Notes: a model not told the origin generated them from the letters alone. DNA of 63,651 nt, filler included, from Octopus bimaculoides (GCF_001194135.2; 5 parts of 5 records of this genome joined end to end with filler, not necessarily neighbours in it); one strand, 5' to 3'. Positions 12,983 through 27,103 are shown, counted from the whole stretch's first letter. Numbers and translations are program-made.

Positions 12983-13467
12983 AATAATAATAATAATAAC
13001 AATAAAGATGGGCTACAGCAAATATTATGCTCAATACCACAAATTTGATTGGCAGTTGTTTGACCTTAACCAGCTGAGCATGTCCCTTAGTGGCTGACGA
13101 TATGTGCATCACTAATCACAAGCAGAAGTGGGATTAGTCAATTACATTTATCTCAGTATTCAACTGATATTTATTTTATCGACTTCGAANNNNNNNNNNN
13201 NNNNNNNNNNNNNNNNNNNNNNNNNNNNNNNNNNNNNNNNNNNNNNNNNNNNNNNNNNNNNNNNNNNNNNNNNNNNNNNNNNNNNNNNNNNNNNNNNNNN
13301 NNNNNNNNNNNNNNNNNNNNNNNNNNNNNNNNNNNNNNNNNNNNNNNNNNNNNNNNNNNNNNNNNNNNNNNNNNNNNNNNNNNNNNNNNNNNNNNNNNNN
13401 NNNNNNNNNNNNNNNNNNNNNNNNNNNNNNNNNNNNNNNNNNNNNNNNNNNNNNNNNTATGTGTGTG

Positions 13468-13700
13468 TGTGTGTGTGTGTGTGTGCTTGTGTGTGTCTGT
13501 ATTTGTCCCCCCAACATCGCTTGACAACCGATGCTGGTGTGTTTACGTCCCCGTAACTTAGCGGTTCGGCAAAAGAGACCGATAGAATAAGTACTAGGCT
13601 TACAAAGAATAAGTCCTGGGGTCGATTTTCTCGACTAAAGGCGGTGCTCCAGCATGGCCGCAGTCAAATGATTGAAACAAGTAAAAGAGTAAAAGAGTAA
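13468..13700 (+). mobile_element. SINE family B (CORE-type), 3' half
   Basis: TTGTCCCCCCAACATCGCTTGACAACCGATG...CAAGTAAAAGAGTAAAAGAG; near-identical to other young copies. Confidence 0.9.
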
Positions 13701-13719
13701 TTCTGCCAACTCGCCAACA

Positions 13720-13920
13720 ATTTTAGTGGGAGAGGAAAGTCGATTATATTGATATCAGTATATTGATCTCATTATATCGATTATATTGATACTAGTATAT
13801 AACTGATGCCGAAAGGATGAAAGGCAAAGTCGACCTCGACGGAATTTGTACGCAATATAGAGAACCAGAATGAATACCACAAGGCGTTTTCCCGACCTCC
13901 TGGCGATCATGCCAGTTTAC
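13720..13920 (-). mobile_element. SINE family A, diverged
   Basis: CCGAAAGGATGAAAGGCAAAGTCGACCTCGACGGAATTTG. Confidence 0.75.
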
Positions 13921-14949
13921 TGATTTGACAAGAACAATAAAAACATCTAAATTCAGCGCTGTTTGGGCTGATATGCCAGATGACCAGCTTCATTTAGATA
14001 CTCTTAGTCAGTCACAGCTGCAACATTTTAATATCACCATTTTCTTCCCTCTCCCAGTCAAGATAAGTCTGCTCTCTTTCTCACTCCATAGTCATCGTTA
14101 TGTCTTCCTGTATATGGCTTTTAATGTTGTTGTCGTTGTTATTGCTGTTAAATATTTAAATATTTAGAGGATAATTTCCTCAATGTTAGATAAATTCCGT
14201 TTTTTCTTTCGCAAACATTATTTATGCGTTACATAATCTGTTTCACTTCCTCTAGTATTAAAAATTACCAGATTCAGAAAGCTGGGGTTTTTTTATGTAC
14301 AAGTTCAGCATAAAGACCTTGTGTAACTTTAAATTTATATATCTTTAGTATTACAAATAGTTGAATTAACCTGTACAAGAAGGCTAAGTGAAAGATGTTA
14401 TAGATTTCGATAAATGTATTCCTGAAACTTAATTTTTCACATACCCACCGTCATTACGTAATACAAACTGTGATACGACGCTGAATTCTTTGAAATACGT
14501 CCTACAAGTCATATCATTTTTATTTATATCATGAACCATATTAATTTACCTGACCTTCAAGTAAACTATCAGATTTAGTTGGAAAAACAGTACTTGTGTT
14601 CCAGAAAATAATGCTTAATTACTTATTAAATTATCAAGTTTTTGTCATTAATAAGCAGTTATTAACTTTTGTGATTGCTTTCAATGAAATAGACGCATTA
14701 GGTTAAAGAGTACTCTCTAAGGTTTAATTCTCACATATATAGAAGTTTCCACTAACAATCTCCGCGAAACTGTTGATTATTAGTGTGTGTGTGTGTGTTT
14801 TCGTTTTTTTTTTTTTTTGCTTTTTTTTTGCAGAGGGTGTCTTTGCTTGATCTGGCCTCAAATGATTTTTTTAATTCAGGAACTTATTGTATCCGGCGAT
14901 CAGTACTCACCATGTTTCTTTAAACATACACACTCATACACAAACCTGC

Positions 14950-14992
<43 letters not shown>

Positions 14993-16506
14993 TGTGTGTA
15001 TATATGTATATACGTATGTATATAGCACATACATACATACGTACATACATACGTACGTACATATATATAAAGAAACTGGAGAGTGTGAACATAGAAATCA
15101 ATTCATTTAGATAATAGTCAATGTCATGCTGCCTACGCACGTTTCAGTTTCTCACCTTCATGTTTTACAATTAGAATTGCATTCTGAATTTAAAAGATAA
15201 AAATCTCTTCAGGGCAAAATTGACATATATTCATTTACATCTTAATCGATGGAGAGTTCATTACAGTAGGCAAAATGAAATTGACTACTATATAAATAAA
15301 ATGATTTCTGTGTTCATACTCTCCATTTTCTTTATATTATATTATTAAAAGTCTGTTCTCCTCTATCTGATAGATGAAAAGATCTATAACGACAACTGGA
15401 ACTTCATCAGTGTAAAGTACTGATGCCGAGGAAGAACTATCGATAAGTACTAATACGAACACAAATTAACAAATTCCAAGAAAATTAATCGATATAGAGC
15501 TAAACCGGTGTACGCTTGGATGAAATACAGCCCTGAGAAAGAGCAACCTCTTTCGTTCGAAACTATACGTATGCATATATATATATATATGCGAGATGTA
15601 TGCAACACGCGCACATATCATCTAATAAATTACGAAATAAGAGACATAGCATACTATATATGGTATCGAGAAAGATAGCGTACAAACTTCTCTAAAATTT
15701 ACATAGATAAAAATTTCAGGGGCAGTGGAATAACTTCATTCAAACGATGATAAAAACGATGATTCAGTCAATGAATTCGATTGTTAATATATCCACGAAT
15801 TATTATTATACTGTGTTATGACAGGGAACTGAGTCAGTTTGCATACGATAGTATGACCCTAGTCACAGCCACTAGGCAAACACTGCACCATGCTCAAAGA
15901 ATGTATATATTCCCCCACCACCTTAGGCGAATTTTATACACTTATACATTTGCGTATGTAAGTGTATAGATGTATTACTGGTTACTAGTCAGAATATTAC
16001 CGTCGTTTTCGCGCTGACTATGCACTTGTCAATATGGACGTCTCTTCAGACATTGTCGCCGGAAGAGCATAGCCTCTTTCATATTGAAGGTTTATATAAG
16101 CTCTGGGTGGTTCGGTGTTTATACAAAGAACCGGAACGAAATACACGCGCGCGTGTATGAGCGTGTGGTTAAGCGTGTGGGTATATGCAAGTGTGTATGT
16201 ACACAAATACAGACATATATATATGTAATTTTATCTATTTCGGTGAGGAAAATAGGTATTAAGAGATAGGGGTACATTAAAGTTATAGAGACTGAGATGG
16301 AAAGGCGAAACAAGATACTATAACTATAAGCCATCAACCATTAGGACAATGCTGCCCGCTGCGTACTCCGCTGGTATTTCTTATCGCTGATATAGCTATA
16401 TTATTTCTGAATTATTATTTGATCACTTTTTTATTACACAGTTAAACGCATCAACCTATTAATATGAATTCAATAGACTTCACACAGATATTTCAAAAGT
16501 TTGTAA

Positions 16507-16694
16507 ATGCAAAGCAAACGAAGACGCCATGCGTTCGAGAACAACTCCCTCCCACCGGAAAAAAACAATGACGAGGAAACAAAGAAAAAGGAAGGAGATA
16601 TCATAGTAATGAAATATAGAAGTTTGACTAAAAACAGCTTTCGTGTTATCAGGAAAACTTTAGGGAAACCGCCTGAGCCTGCTGCTAAATTAAG
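16507..16694 (+). CDS. Candidate coding exon of an unidentified gene
   Basis: Non-repetitive ATG-initiated frame MQSKRRRHAFENN...KTLGKPPEPAAKL ending at AAG|GTAGGT (phase 2); no family recognised. Confidence 0.25.
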
Positions 16695-16916
16695 GTAGGT
16701 GTTGTTAAAGGCAGACATCACTGCATTTATGATAATGTAATTAATGATTGCCACTTTCTAATGCAGTGTTGCAGTGAGGAAAAAAACTTTTCCGGTCTCT
16801 GCAATCTTATCTTCTTAAATACATTTTCCAAAGCTATCTTCAGTGTTAGGCAACGGCTAATTAGATAGTTTTGTAGTACATATATACAATAACAGTGCAT
16901 ATGTGTAACTCTGTGT

Positions 16917-16975
<59 letters not shown>

Positions 16976-17068
16976 CGCGCGAATGAGGCAGATAGGCAGG
17001 CAGGCAGACAGACAGACAATCAGGCAGACAGACAGACAAACAGATAGATAGATAGATAAATACATAGA

Positions 17069-17099
<31 letters not shown>

Positions 17100-17128
17100 G
17101 CAGAAAGACTGGCAGATAGATAGCTAGC

Positions 17129-17181
<53 letters not shown>

Positions 17182-18224
17182 GTACTTTCCAGTAATGCTT
17201 TCTTATATAATTTTTCGTTGTGTTTTGTGGTGTAGTCCATTTGCATTGACACCTTGTTGAAAGTCTATGGTGAGTCAGAAGGAATAAAACAATTGTAGGG
17301 TAAGGCGAAAGTAACAGTTAAAATCATGTCATAACTTTCATATTTGCAATCGAACTTTAAAATCACATTGGTCATTAGTAGATAATTCGAAGGTTTACAT
17401 TCCTCTGGTTTATTGCTGATAAGAAAGTTTTTAATTCTAATTATTTTGTAATATATTATTTGTGCAAAGCATTCTGTGTTCAGTTTTATGAAGTTTTTCA
17501 TAATGTGTTCATCTCTTCTATAGTTAGCTGGTGTTTGTTTCAATTAATACTTTCGTGCGGTTTGTGTATTTTCAATAGGAGTGGCGACACTGTTTTAAAC
17601 AAACTGCAAGAAACTTTTGTGTAAATAAAAGGAAAAGTTAATAAAGGAAGCTAAAACTAGAATGTGGGCGAGTATTCAATACAAGAAACGCACACATGCA
17701 CGCACGCACGCACGCGCACACACACACAACCGCACATCTGCTGACGTGTACATGAACGTTCTTGAAACAAAGATCAAGGAAACTTGGAATCCAAACAGGG
17801 CTCTATAATACAGGAAGATAAATGTAGAGTAAATAGTTGTATTTTGCACATTTAATGTTTAAATAAAGAATTTCTGCTTTCACTAATTCAATAGCTCGTC
17901 TGAAACTGAATATTTTGAATTATTTCAAAATATTTATTTCTGATACAAATGTTTGGAGCAAATTTGCTTCATATCAGCTAAAAAGAATAATTTCTCCACG
18001 AAATATCACGTTAAAGAATTAATGGTAGACAGTGTGATCAAATGACGTCATAAGTAAAATACATATATATACATAAAACTGCTTCATAATCATATAGCAA
18101 TATTTGAATATATATTGATAATAAACATGTAAATATGCAAATATATGAATAGAGATCTAAATTAATATGTGCAGTACATAAATGCCTTATAATTAAATCT
18201 AAAACAATAAGTTCGAAGAGTTCA

Positions 18225-18412
18225 TACGAGGGGGTGCTGAAAAGTTCCTGCCTTTGTGTAATAGAAAATACAGGAGGATCAGTTAATAATGATTTTATTT
18301 TAACATATTCCCCTCTCAGATTCACACACTGCAGTGATCCTTCGCTTTTTCTAAGCCTTATAAAAGGACTCAGAAAGTTGGGCCTTCAGCCAGGTTTTTC
18401 ACACACCCTTAT
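18225..18412. mobile_element. Mariner-derived MITE
   Basis: Begins TA-CGAGGGGGTGCTGAAAAGTTCCTG (mariner-type TIR); degenerate inverse AGCCAGGTTTTTCACACACCCTT at 18388-18410. Confidence 0.55.
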
Positions 18413-18544
18413 GCTTCATAGTAGTGGCTAAGGGAGTCTATGTTGCGTTGATCGACAATAGCTGAGCTGGGTAGAATACTTTCATAAATCTATTTAATCT
18501 TGTGCTCACGTCATGAGATGTTTTGAGCCCTCATGAGAAACGTA

Positions 18545-18915
18545 TTGTAATAACCATCAAGGTTATCTTGATGCTGTAAGATACCCAAGACTTAATAATC
18601 TTTAAGTATTCTGCCGCTAAGGTCGGCCTGTTTCTCGATACTAAAAAGAAATTGAGTTCACGAGAATCGATGAAGGTGAAAGCCACCAACGAAGATGAAA
18701 GCGTAGTGAACCCAGGTACTTTGGGTGTTATACTATTGACGATGAGAATAACTTCTTGACACACAATTGACAAACCTGGGGTACTCCTAACAAACTTCAC
18801 GACATCTGGCAATCAACTCCTACAAAGTCACAAAGCATTCTTCGAGGCATATATAGAAAGCATTTTTCTCTTTGAAGCTAAAACCTGGATTATGAAGAAG
18901 CTTCAAAATAAAGTA
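18545..18915 (+). pseudogene. RTE-like LINE reverse-transcriptase fragment
   Basis: Broken frames give SAAKVGLFLDTKK; YFGCYTIDDENNFLT; WGTPNKLHDIWQS; FFEAYIESIFLFEAKTWIMKK, typical of the post-YADD region. Confidence 0.65.
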
Positions 18916-19204
18916 TGTTAGGGCTGACTTTACTCTTTTTTCTTAATATAGCAGGCAACCTTGGGTATTTTCCCCAAGTTATTCTACATAAATATAACTT
19001 CGATAACATAATTTTGGTTTCTTCGTGAAGTTCTAATTAACTATAATTTCTCTCAATAATAACTAAGTGCATTTGCCGTCCGCCATTTTCGCCCACTGAA
19101 TGCTTAATCGATAAGCAGATTGCCCATTAACAGCTTAACCGATATGAATATTACTGATTAAGTGCTTAATCAATGACCGGGGATTTTCTTTCTCGCACTC
19201 GTAG

Positions 19205-19258
19205 TCTTTTTACTGATGCCAACAACCGCGTTGTGGCCATATTCAGACACAACTATGG
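19205..19258 (+). CDS. Candidate 54-nt internal exon
   Basis: Acceptor TTTTCTTTCTCGCACTCGTAG, donor TGG|GTATGT; phase-2 frame LFTDANNRVVAIFRHNYG joins in frame to 16507-16694. Confidence 0.22.
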
Positions 19259-19362
19259 GTATGTGATTGTCTTTTACTTTTATTCTTTATTTGTTTAAGT
19301 TTTTGTTAGCCATATGAACGTTAGACATCATGGAGCTAATTTGAAGATAATGATCGTACGAA

Positions 19363-19483
<121 letters not shown>

Positions 19484-19688
19484 TAGAAAGGATTGAGGTA
19501 ACTCCTCCTGAAGATATAGAGTCAAAATTAAAAGAAGAGTGCCATTTGCTATCTTGTGAACAATATTTCGACATCTCGCGTGTCTTCCACTGGTTCAAAA
19601 AATAAATTTGTCAATCTACTTCATTTTGGTTAATATAGAAAGGANNNNNNNNNNNNNNNNNNNNNNNNNNNNNNNNNNNNNNNNNNNN

Positions 19689-19700
19689 TTAATTAATTAA
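19689..19700. other. Assembly spacer TTAATTAATTAA inside an N gap (also at 32279, 54531, 62215)
   Basis: The identical 12-mer, giving stops in all six frames, is embedded in N runs four times. Confidence 0.9.
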
Positions 19701-19826
19701 NNNNNNNNNNNNNNNNNNNNNNNNNNNNNNNNNNNNNNNNNNNNTATATATATATGTCTATATATATATATATGTCTATATATATATATATGTCTATATA
19801 TATATATATGTCTCTCTATATATATA

Positions 19827-19880
<54 letters not shown>

Positions 19881-20223
19881 TAGTGAGAGAGTGAGAGAGA
19901 AAGAGAGGGGGACAGAGAGAGATGGATGGGGAAGAGAGATGGAAAGACAGACAGAAAAATTATGAAGTTAGAGTTCAATGTGTTATGTGAATCATCTAGA
20001 GACAAGAATACCTTAAGCAAACTAATACATTCTCCTGTTGAATCTGTACGTACGATCTCATTAATATTTATTTCAATATTTTTCAACGAGATAAGAGACA
20101 GTCAATAACCAAATGACAATATTTCTTTTGTTAATACTATTAATACGACTACTTATCCACGCCATCGCCTTGTAGAAAGTCATAAATATTTTCACGGTTC
20201 TTCGAACTGTCTGAATCCGGGGA

Positions 20224-20264
<41 letters not shown>

Positions 20265-21372
20265 TGATAATAATGATAATAATGATCATAATAATAATGA
20301 TAATAATAATAATATGGTTTAATCGACTTAAATTGTTGACCAAGTATCCTATTATCGAAAGGTTAATAAGTTGTATTTCACTTCGGGGTTAAATATACCA
20401 TCTTCTATAAAAGATATCAATAAATATTAATCTATATTTTGGATTCAAGTGATGTAAAGACTAGAAAAGCAATGTCCGTACATGTTTTCTCTTTTGTTAG
20501 TTAACTTTAATGTTGTATATTTTTGTCAGTAAACACAAGTGTTCTTCACTACGATAAATCAAAATTTTATTCACAGCAACACTTGCATATTGTTCTCCCT
20601 TGCACAATCTATTGTTGTTAAAAATTTTTTTAATGTTTTATATAAGTAACGTGTAACTTTTTGTTTTCTCGTAAAAAAAAACATCGTCGCTAGATCTTTT
20701 TTTATGAGCTGCGCCAAAATAAATATTATGGAAGATGCAGAGTGAAAACAAAACAAAACAAAAAAAAAAAACACAAAACAAAGACTTGATAGCAAATGAA
20801 CATTTAGGACAAAGAAATTCTTCAGCCACGTAAAAAATTATAACTATTTCGTGAGTAGATATATAGATAAAGCCTTTTTAAACATTTATTCGTTGTGTTA
20901 TGCTGATTTAAATTATCTCATTAGTATTGTTATAATACTTTTCAGCTATTTTTTCTTTCAAAAGTACACTCATATCCTGTTACAGATTGCTACTTACTTC
21001 AAAATACATATAATAATAATAGAATTCATATTTTCTGACCTGTATCTGCTACCATTGGTTTCATGCATACATGTGTACGATTCTCAGGCGAATTACTAAT
21101 TCACTTATGCCGAAGCTTTTAAATAAAGTTTTAACCTGTAGTGTTCATGCTTTTCTAATTGGGAGATTCCATTCTCGGTAATTCATTAATCGAACGACAA
21201 CATTTAAGACGGGACTATAACCTTATAAATATAACAGTAATAAAAGTATGCTGGGTTCAATATTACAATCAAATATATATTATTACCATTAAATATATTT
21301 AGTGATGAAAAGACTTACACAAGTATATACACTAATAGACTCTCATGAGGTTGAGTACTTCTGTGTTGACTT

Positions 21373-21412
<40 letters not shown>

Positions 21413-21419
21413 ATTCAAT

Positions 21420-22020
21420 CATTTATAGATCACCACAGTATCGACCAAACCACCAGATGCTGTTATACACCGCTGGTTACAATGCACTTCCAATTTCGTC
21501 TTGATTGCGCCTTTCTTTTCCATCTTGACCCAAACTGCTTGACAAAATCGTCTTCCTATCGCCGTGGAGGCCTTCCATGTAGCCTTTTCCAATGTCTTGG
21601 ATACAACTTGGCAAATTTCTGAGTCCGGCTGTTGTGCAGTGAATATTGCAATATGTCCGGCCCAACGGAACTTTTGTTGTCGGTATTCTGCGACCACATC
21701 GTTCTCTCCGCTCCGTTCTCGAATGATCTCATTTCAAATGTGCCCTTTTAGAGATACTCTTAGCATGGATCTTTCCATGACACTTTGCAACGTAGCCGAT
21801 AGATTTTCTATCTTCTTCGTAGGAGTCCACGTCTCACTTACAAACAAGAACACAGATTGGAAATACTATTGAAGAGTCTGGCACGTGTGGCATTATCAAG
21901 TTTTGTTTGGAGCGAGTCATTTATTGAATTAAATGCCTCCATTCTGCCCTTATTCTTTTCCAGATTTCAGCAGCCATATTTCGGCGCATATCCACGGGAT
22001 GCTGAAAGCAGACGTACTCC
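21420..22020 (-). pseudogene. RTE (BovB-like) LINE RT C-terminal fragment
   Basis: AEIWKRIRA; SETWTPTKKIEN; MERSMLRVSLKGHI*NEIIRERSGENDVVAEYRQQKFRWAGHIA. Confidence 0.85.
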
Positions 22021-22099
22021 TTTACTTCTTTGATATATCTTATATCTTTTACTAGCTTCAGCCCCTGAAGGTGAGGCCATGCTTAGGCACCGCCCTTAG

Positions 22100-22704
22100 T
22101 GTGATTGGTTCTTTCCGGAAATGTTTCTGGTGAAGTAGCGGATTGGACAGGGCTGCTCTTCTTTGTAGTTCTTGCCACGATGTGAGTTCATCAGATATTT
22201 TAGATTAAGGTTTTCCAAACCTTCTTTGAAAAGTTACACAACTACAACTTGCAGACCTCTGAAATTGTTAGGCAGAATGTTGAAAAGTTGAAAAGGCGGC
22301 GAGCTGGAAGAAACGTTAGCACGCCGGGTGAAATTCTTAGCGGTATTTCGTCTGCCGCTACGTTCTGAGTTCAAATTCCGCCGAGGTCGACTTTGCCTTT
22401 CATCCTTTCGGGGGTCGATATATTAAGTACCAGTTACGCACTGGGGTTGATGTAATCGACTTAATCCCTTTGTCTGTCCTTGTTTGTCTCCTCTATGTTT
22501 AGCCCCTTGTGGGCAATAAAGAAATATGAATGTTGAAAAGTTGTGGACCCCGAAACCTAAGCTGTTACAGTACCGAGTTCTTATTCTAGATGGAAAAAAT
22601 GGGATCTTGGGATCTTTTGTACAATGCAGCGCAATCCAATTTGGTGCTTGATATTGATTTGTATCTCCAAGTTAGAAGCTTGACGTTCCGGGATCTTCCA
22701 TATT
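22100..22704 (-). pseudogene. L2/CR1-group LINE 3' fragment, interrupted by a SINE and truncated by a mariner
   Basis: After removing the SINE: IWKI...; RIRTRYCNSLGF.GPQLFNILPNNFRGL; SDELTSWQELQRRAALSNPLLHQ. Confidence 0.7.
22295..22527 (+). mobile_element. SINE family A, young full-length copy with 16-bp TSD
   Basis: TSD GAATGTTGAAAAGTTG at 22275-22290 and 22528-22543. B-box-like GAGTTCAAATTCC. Central GCCTTTCATCCTTTCGGGGG-TCGATA resembles the Meta domain (recall). Confidence 0.92.
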
Positions 22705-23275
22705 TATAAGATTGTCAAGAAAGTTCTTGCGGTTTTTAACCTTTAAATTCAGATGCACATATCTGGGCTCAAACAAAACTTCATTAATCGAAATAAACAC
22801 CATCAGAATCAACATACTTTTTGCCAACGCGAAACAAGTTTATTTATTTCAGTAGCGTAAAAATCCTGCGTTCAGATGGCGATGAAGTCGTTGAAGGCGT
22901 GTTTGGCAACGTCTTGGTTTTTGAAGCATTTCTCATGCAGAAAGTTGTCGAGATATTTGAAAAAGTGATAGTCGGTAGGCGAGAGGTCCGGTGAGTATGG
23001 CGGATGAGGCAGAGTTTCGTAGCTCAATTCGTTCAACTTCTGCAGGGTCAGTTGTGCGACGTTCGGCCGAGTGTTGTCGTGGAGAAGAATTGGTCCTTTT
23101 CTATTGACCAATGCTGGCTGTTTTTGACGGAGTTACTTATGCATTTCATGCATTTGCTGACAGTACTTCTCCGCCGTAATGGTTTCACCTGGATCCAAAA
23201 AGCTGTGATGAATGAGACCGGCCGCAGACCACAAAGTAGTCACCATGGCCTTCTTTTGGTGCAACTTGGCTTCAG
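22705..23275 (-). pseudogene. Mariner (DD34D, Hsmar1/cecropia-like) transposase 3' half with TIR
   Basis: KGPILLHDNTRPNVAQLTLQKLNELSYETLPHPPYSPDLSPTDYHFFKYLDNFL...INKLVSRWQKYVDSDGVYFD*. TIR TA-TAAGATTGTCAAGAAAGTTCTTGCGGTT at 22705-22734. Confidence 0.92.
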
Positions 23276-23414
23276 GATAGCCGCGGTCTAGGGACTAAAA
23301 TAAGTAAAATTTTTGAGTTGTATATACATACATATATACATGCATGCATACATACATACATACATACATACATACATACATACATACATACATGTCTGTC
23401 TGTCTGTATGCATG

Positions 23415-23446
<32 letters not shown>

Positions 23447-24357
23447 NNNNNNNNNNNNNNNNNNNNNNNNNNNNNNNNNNNNNNNNNNNNNNNNNNNNNN
23501 NNNNNNNNNNNNNNNNNNNNNNNNNNNNNNNNNNNNNNNNNNNNNNNNNNNNNNNNNNNNNNNNNNNNNNNNNNNNNNNNNNNNNNNNNNNNNNNNNNNN
23601 NNNNNNNNNNNNNNNNNNNNNNNNNNNNNNNNNNNNNNNNNNNNNNNNNNNNNNNNNNNNNNNNNNNNNNNNNNNNNNNNNNNNNNNNNNNNNNNNNNNN
23701 NNNNNNNNNNNNNNNNNNNNNNNNNNNNNNNNNNNNNNNNNNNNNNNNNNNNNNNNNNNNNNNNNNNNNNNNNNNNNNNNNNNNNNNNNNNNNNNNNNNN
23801 NNNNNNNNNNNNNNNNNNNNNNNNNNNNNNNNNNNNNNNNNNNNNNNNNNNNNNNNNNNNNNNNNNNNNNNNNNNNNNNNNNNNNNNNNNNNNNNNNNNN
23901 NNNNNNNNNNNNNNNNNNNNNNNNNNNNNNNNNNNNNNNNNNNNNNNNNNNNNNNNNNNNNNNNNNNNNNNNNNNNNNNNNNNNNNNNNNNNNNNNNNNN
24001 NNNNNNNNNNNNNNNNNNNNNNNNNNNNNNNNNNNNNNNNNNNNNNNNNNNNNNNNNNNNNNNNNNNNNNNNNNNNNNNNNNNNNNNNNNNNNNNNNNNN
24101 NNNNNNNNNNNNNNNNNNNNNNNNNNNNNNNNNNNNNNNNNNNNNNNNNNNNNNNNNNNNNNNNNNNNNNNNNNNNNNNNNNNNNNNNNNNNNNNNNNNN
24201 NNNNNNNNNNNNNNNNNNNNNNNNNNNNNNNNNNNNNNNNNNNNNNNNNNNNNNNNNNNNNNNNNNNNNNNNNNNNNNNNNNNNNNNNNNNNNNNNNNNN
24301 CCTCTTATTCTTGTATATATATATATATATACCGAAGTAAGCACATAAATGCGAAAC

Positions 24358-24468
24358 AAAGGTGTTTTTGCTCAATAAACACTCACAACACCCGGTCTGG
24401 GAATCGAAACCGCGATCCTATGACCGCGAGTCCGCTGCCCTAACCACTGGGCCATTACACCTCCACTA
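24358..24468 (-). mobile_element. SINE family D, 5' head only
   Basis: Reverse complement of 27342-27450. Confidence 0.85.
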
Positions 24469-25830
24469 TAGATGCATACATACATACATAATACATACAT
24501 ACATACATACATACATACATACATACATACATACATACATACATACATAAATGCATGCATGCATACTCTTCTACCAAACACAGATATTACAGGGCAGATA
24601 TTGTTGCAGCTGCCATGCTGATATGAATAGCTTTTTGAGAATCAAACAGAAAGAGGATAACTTTGGACAACTGCTTTGTATCATCCAGCTTCTCTGCCCA
24701 GGTTATAAATAAATTCATATTTATACCAATAATAAATGGTACGTTTGATTTTGTGAGTAATTTCCTAAGTGACATCTGGGAGATCTGTGCTTTTCTGAAT
24801 AAGAAATCAACCAGCTAACACGCACATTACAAGCATAGACTGTAAGCGGAATAATAAAAATATGCAAGACTCGTCTCAAGTTTAAAATGTGAATTTGTTT
24901 TGTTATTCACATCTCAAAGATGAAGCTTTGTAGCTTTTCTACAAACCAGCTCTTTCCTTGCAGGAAGACTTCAAATGATTAAAACTAGAAGAGAATACCC
25001 CTTCCCCTACTCACACACCCTTGTGTCTTTCTTTTGTCATCTTCCCTATGTGTGTATAAATGTTTTTTTTTTATTTCAATTTCAAAGGAAATGGAAATTG
25101 TGGTATTAATTTGTGACTTTAGCAATGTAAGTGAATAAACTAAAGTTGTGGACTTGGCCTACAAATCCTATAATAATACACAGCGAAGATAATTTAATGC
25201 AATGGTGAAAACTAATTGGCTTATTACAAAGATCTGACTACTATAGAGTAGAACTCTGCTTCGTTCTTCTTTTCCAAACCAGTTGTAGAAAAATAAAACA
25301 AATATATAATAAAATAAATATAAATATTTAAATATGTTCGTTATACAAATCACGAAATAAACAATTCCTATTTATTATTCTATAAAGATTGTCAGAGTTT
25401 TTCAGTAATTGAGCTGTGAAGCAAATATGGTGGATTTATTTTTGTCAACTGTTGACAGTGAAAAGTACACCAATTCATTGGCAGTTAAACAAACACACNN
25501 NNNNNNNNNNNNNNNNNNNNNNNNNNNNNNNNNNNNNNNNNNNNNNNNNNNNNNNNNNNNNNNNNNNNNNNNNNNNNNNNNNNNNNNNNNNNNNNNNNNN
25601 NNNNNNNNNNNNNNNNNNNNNNNNNNNNNNNNNNNNNNNNNNNNNNNNNNNNNNNNNNNNNNNNNNNNNNNNNNNNNNNNNNNNNNNNNNNNNNNNNNNT
25701 TAAAGAAAATAAATTTATTTTATTTTTTTTTATTTTGGTTGTTTTCGTTGTATTTTTTGGTAATAAAATTTTTATTTCATTCTGCACATGACCTCTTCGA
25801 AATAAAGACTAAATTATTTATTTTTCGCAG

Positions 25831-25854
25831 TGAATCTGTACAAGTTGAAGTTTG
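25831..25854 (+). CDS. Candidate 24-nt microexon
   Basis: Acceptor TTATTTATTTTTCGCAG, donor TTG|GTATGA; frame-preserving length. Confidence 0.2.
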
Positions 25855-25974
25855 GTATGATCTGTGATTGTAAAACATTACTTAAATTTCGCTGTAGACT
25901 CTGGTTCTGGAAATTTTAAAGGAAACCTAATAGTAAACTTGCAATTAGAAGAAGGAATAATAATAATAATGATG

Positions 25975-26013
<39 letters not shown>

Positions 26014-26331
26014 TTGTTAATATATTGTCGAGTGGTGAGTAAGAAAAAATAGAGAGCCAAGATAAATGTTTTATAGAATTGGATTGATGTAATACTTTGA
26101 AAACCACTTTGCGATTGTGTAAGGTTTTCATCCTCCCGATGCTGATATAATGTGTAGCAGTGCCATATTGGGCTCAGTTAAATGAATTATACACTTTCCT
26201 TCACAATATTTGCTACAAATGAAAAGGAAAAGGAATTAGTTACCTTTTATTACTTCCGTATTACTCCAGCTCTTCAGCTGATAAAATCTCCTGCATAGAA
26301 AGCTAGATTCAAATCGGGGCTTCAAGCTGAT

Positions 26332-26476
26332 TGTTGTGTCGACACTCCCCAAGCGAAGAAGTAGGATCGTCCAAGACATATAAGTAGAGGTAGTCTAGCC
26401 GTGGTAGAGCTGTTGAGTAGCTCTTGGGTAGCAGTCGAGTAGAGATCATCCGAAGGTGCTTTGTAGAGACATAACA
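26332..26476. mobile_element. Miniature solo-LTR-like element, copy 1 (145 bp)
   Basis: Ends TGTTGTGTC...GACATAACA (8/9 inverted match); perfect 5-bp TSD CTGAT at 26327-26331 and 26477-26481. Confidence 0.85.
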
Positions 26477-26624
26477 CTGATGAACCTTAAACGTTGCATA
26501 GTTCATCGTACACTAAACATTTGCCTGAGTAAAATATCTTCTCTTAAATTGCTTTACCGGAGGACTTCTTTCGAAGGTTCACTCCAAGGTCCATAATATC
26601 AAATTGATCCTCAAAGATGATGGG

Positions 26625-26818
26625 TTGCCGACAAAAAAAAAAAAAATGCTTAGCGGCATTTCTTCCGACTTTACGCTGCGAGTTCAAATGTCGCTGGAGT
26701 TGAGTTTGTTTTCATCGCTACGGGGCCGATAAAATAAGTATCACTGGAACACCGGAATCGATGTAAGCGATTTAAACTCTCCCTCGAAATTGCTGGCCTT
26801 GTGTCAAAATTAGAATCT
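26625..26818 (+). mobile_element. SINE family A, diverged
   Basis: AAATGCTTAGCGGCATTTC...GAGTTCAAATG...GGGGCCGATAAAATAAGTA. Confidence 0.75.
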
Positions 26819-27103
26819 CGTATTGAAACGAACTTCACATATAAGCATTTCCCAAAGTTTTGTTCTTTTCATGAAAGATAAGTTTATTTTTAAAAAACCT
26901 GTGAATCTATGCAGACGACAATACACGAGAATCTCAAGTTTACTGTATAGAAGAACAGTAAACAATTTCCATCTCGTTTCTATTTTTTCTATCTCGTTTG
27001 TAGTTTTTCTAATGCAGAACGTTTTCTATGACGAAATTGCCCTGGAATACACAATCAACATTAAACCATTCGAAGCTCATACAATATTAATCTTTAACAT
27101 TAA

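Noticed and set aside
19240-19258. RHNYG(ES) resemblance to MHC class II beta
   Set aside because: A five-residue coincidence in an invertebrate-type genome; no other similarity.
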